DNA from: Elusimicrobiota bacterium
GTDB lineage: Bacteria; Elusimicrobiota; Elusimicrobia; UBA1565; JACRDR01
DNA length: 64,000 bases
Reading direction: 5' to 3'
Assembly (NCBI GenBank): GCA_041694815.1
Contig: JBGFSC010000010.1
Span: forward strand, 77,922 to 141,921
The notes under the pieces were generated by a model, which made no database searches, was not told the origin of the DNA, and was given only the letters and a program-made list of their open reading frames with translations. Below are positions 62,205 through 64,000 of the stretch, piece by piece; position 1 is the first letter of the stretch; every line of letters begins with the position of its first letter. Both the position numbers and the translations under genes were made by a program.

Positions 62205-62983
62205 TGAGCCCGGCGCTGCTCGTCGAACGCAAGGGCCACGTCGCCCACGCCACGTTGAACCGTCCCGAGGTACGCAACGCCTTCGATGAGGAGCTCATCG
62301 CCGAGATCACGAATGCCTTCCGGGCCTTTTCGAAAGACAAGGCCTTGCGCGCCGTCGTGCTGCGGGGAGCGGGGCCGGACTTCTGCGCCGGGGCCGATAT
62401 CCGCTGGATGCGCCGCGCCGCCGGCTACGGGCCGGCTCAGAACCGGCGCGACGCCTCCCGGCTCGTGGAGATGTGCCGCACCATCAACGAATGCCCGATC
62501 CCCGTCTTGGCGGGGGTTCAGGGCGCCTGCTTCGGCGGCGGCTTGGGCATCATAGCCGCCTGCGACATCGTGCTCGCGGCCGACAACGCCAAGATGGCCT
62601 TCTCGGAGTGCAAGTTGGGCATCATCCCCGCGGTGGTTTCCTCCTTCGTCATACCGAAAATCGGCGAAGCCCAGGCCAGGCGCCTTTTCTTGACCGCCGA
62701 GACCTTCGGCGCCGCCCTCGCCCAGCGCATCGGCCTGGTCCACGAGCTAGCGCCCGAGGCGGAGCTGGGCGCCAAGCTCGATTCCCTTCTAAGCTCGATA
62801 CTCCGGGCCGGCCCCAACGCCGTGCGGGAGGCCAAGGCGCTGATCCGTAAGGTCTCGGGCCTGCCACTGGCCAAGCGCATCCCGCTTACGGTCGCCGCGC
62901 TCGCGCGGGTGCGGGGCTCGGCGGAGGGCAAGGAGGGGCTGGGCGCATTCCTCGAAAAGCGCCTCCCCTCATGGGCTCCGTGA
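62201..62983 (+). CDS. liuC: Methylglutaconyl-CoA hydratase (crotonase)
   Basis: [31 protein letters not shown]. Confidence 0.8.
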   Translation: MMSPALLVERKGHVAHATLNRPEVRNAFDEELIAEITNAFRAFSKDKALRAVVLRGAGPDFCAGADIRWMRRAAGYGPAQNRRDASRLVEMCRTINECPIPVLAGVQGACFGGGLGIIAACDIVLAADNAKMAFSECKLGIIPAVVSSFVIPKIGEAQARRLFLTAETFGAALAQRIGLVHELAPEAELGAKLDSLLSSILRAGPNAVREAKALIRKVSGLPLAKRIPLTVAALARVRGSAEGKEGLGAFLEKRLPSWAP

Positions 62984-63873
62984 ACCCGGTCCGCATCGTC
63001 GAGGTCGGCCCCCGGGACGGATTGCAGAACGAGACGGCCGTCCTATCGATCGACGAAAAGGTCGCCTTCATCGACCGCCTCTCCTTGGCAGGGCTTCGGG
63101 AGATCGAGGCGGGCGCCTTTGTGCGGCCCGACAAGGTCCCGCAGATGGCCGATTCGGAGACGGTTTTCGCCAAGATCAAGCGTTGGCCCGGAGTCGTTTA
63201 TTCCGCCCTGGTCCCGAATGAAAATGGCTTCGAGCGCGCCCTTACGGCCAAAGCGGACAAAATCGCCGTATTCACGGCGGCCTCCGAAACCTTCAACCGG
63301 AAAAATATCAACGCCTCAATCCAAGAGTCGATCGCGCGTTTCAAGGCGGTCGTCGCTCGAGCCAAGAAGGCCAAACTTCCCGTCCGCGGCTATGTCTCGA
63401 CCGCCTTCTGGTGCCCCTACGAGGGCAAGGTCGATCCCAAGGCGGCGGTCGCGGTCTCGCTACGCCTGCTGGAGCTGGGCGTGCAGGAGCTTTCCATCGG
63501 AGATACGATAGGCAAGGCCAGCCCCAATGACGTGCGCGCGTTGCTCAAGCTCTTGATCAAACGCGTGAAGCCGCGAAATATTTTCCTGCATTTCCACGAC
63601 ACCTACGGCATGGCGATCGCCAACGCCCTCTGCGCCTGGGAGGAGTTCGGAATAACGGGCTTTGACTCCTCCGCCGGAGGGCTGGGCGGCTGCCCCTACG
63701 CCCCCGGCGCCTCGGGCAATGTCGCGACGGAAGATCTATTGTACGCCCTCCATGCCTCCGGCGCCAAGGTTCCGGCCGACTATAAGCTCGTCGCCGCCGC
63801 GGCCGCGCCGCTGGCCCAGCCTCTTAAGCGCCCCTTGGCCTCTCGCCTCAACCGGGTTTGCGGGATCGCCTAG
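62980..63873 (+). CDS. liuE: HMG-CoA lyase
   Basis: EVGPRDGLQNE, HFHDTYG, GLGGCPYAPGASGNVATEDL. Confidence 0.93.
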   Translation: MNPVRIVEVGPRDGLQNETAVLSIDEKVAFIDRLSLAGLREIEAGAFVRPDKVPQMADSETVFAKIKRWPGVVYSALVPNENGFERALTAKADKIAVFTAASETFNRKNINASIQESIARFKAVVARAKKAKLPVRGYVSTAFWCPYEGKVDPKAAVAVSLRLLELGVQELSIGDTIGKASPNDVRALLKLLIKRVKPRNIFLHFHDTYGMAIANALCAWEEFGITGFDSSAGGLGGCPYAPGASGNVATEDLLYALHASGAKVPADYKLVAAAAAPLAQPLKRPLASRLNRVCGIA

Positions 63874-63883
63874 GGGCCGAAAG

Positions 63884-64000
63884 CAGTAGTGTCCCAAGAA
63901 AAATAGAGAATCCCCCGTCTGATTGGTAGAATGGTTTTGTTCAGGAACCATCTTACCGACGGAGGATTCTTATGTCCCATTATAACACGTTGTTCGGCCA
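63884..64000 (+). mobile_element. Left end of an IS4-family element; transposase starts at 63972
   Basis: Terminal CAGTAGTGTCCCA, a leader hairpin over a GGAGG RBS, and MSHYNTLFG resembling DUF4372 IS4 transposase N-termini; only 9 codons visible. Confidence 0.65.

Overview
High-GC bacterial chromosomal window with no rRNA, CRISPR array or prophage. A PorV-like barrel next to a FlgD-Ig/CTD-tailed secreted protein suggests an Elusimicrobiota-like diderm, but this is inference only. Left to right: the start of a type II secretion operon (DUF4331, small lipoprotein, gspC, gspD); a site-2 protease and a flavin amine oxidase; tRNA-Thr(CGT) between a RelBE-type and a decayed BrnTA toxin-antitoxin module; three signalling genes; a beta-propeller/CTD protein plus a PorV-like gene; a hopanoid/MEP operon (shc-hpnH-hpnA-hpnG-ispA-dxs-ispH plus unknown ORFs); housekeeping genes; sucA-sucB-aconitase converging on aceE-aceF-lpdA with a third TA module between them; several secreted hydrolases; groES-groEL with CIRCE; leucine-catabolic liuB/C/E; and the left end of an IS4-family element. 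The most notable non-gene signals are: (1) a tandem pair of 14-bp DevR/DosR-like boxes at near-identical spacing upstream of three secreted hydrolase genes, a candidate undescribed regulon; (2) pervasive leaderless promoter architecture; (3) a roughly 160-nt multi-hairpin intergenic element flanked by 14-bp direct repeats; (4) a promoter-plus-terminator small RNA or attenuator; (5) three genes whose homology extends to non-canonical start codons.
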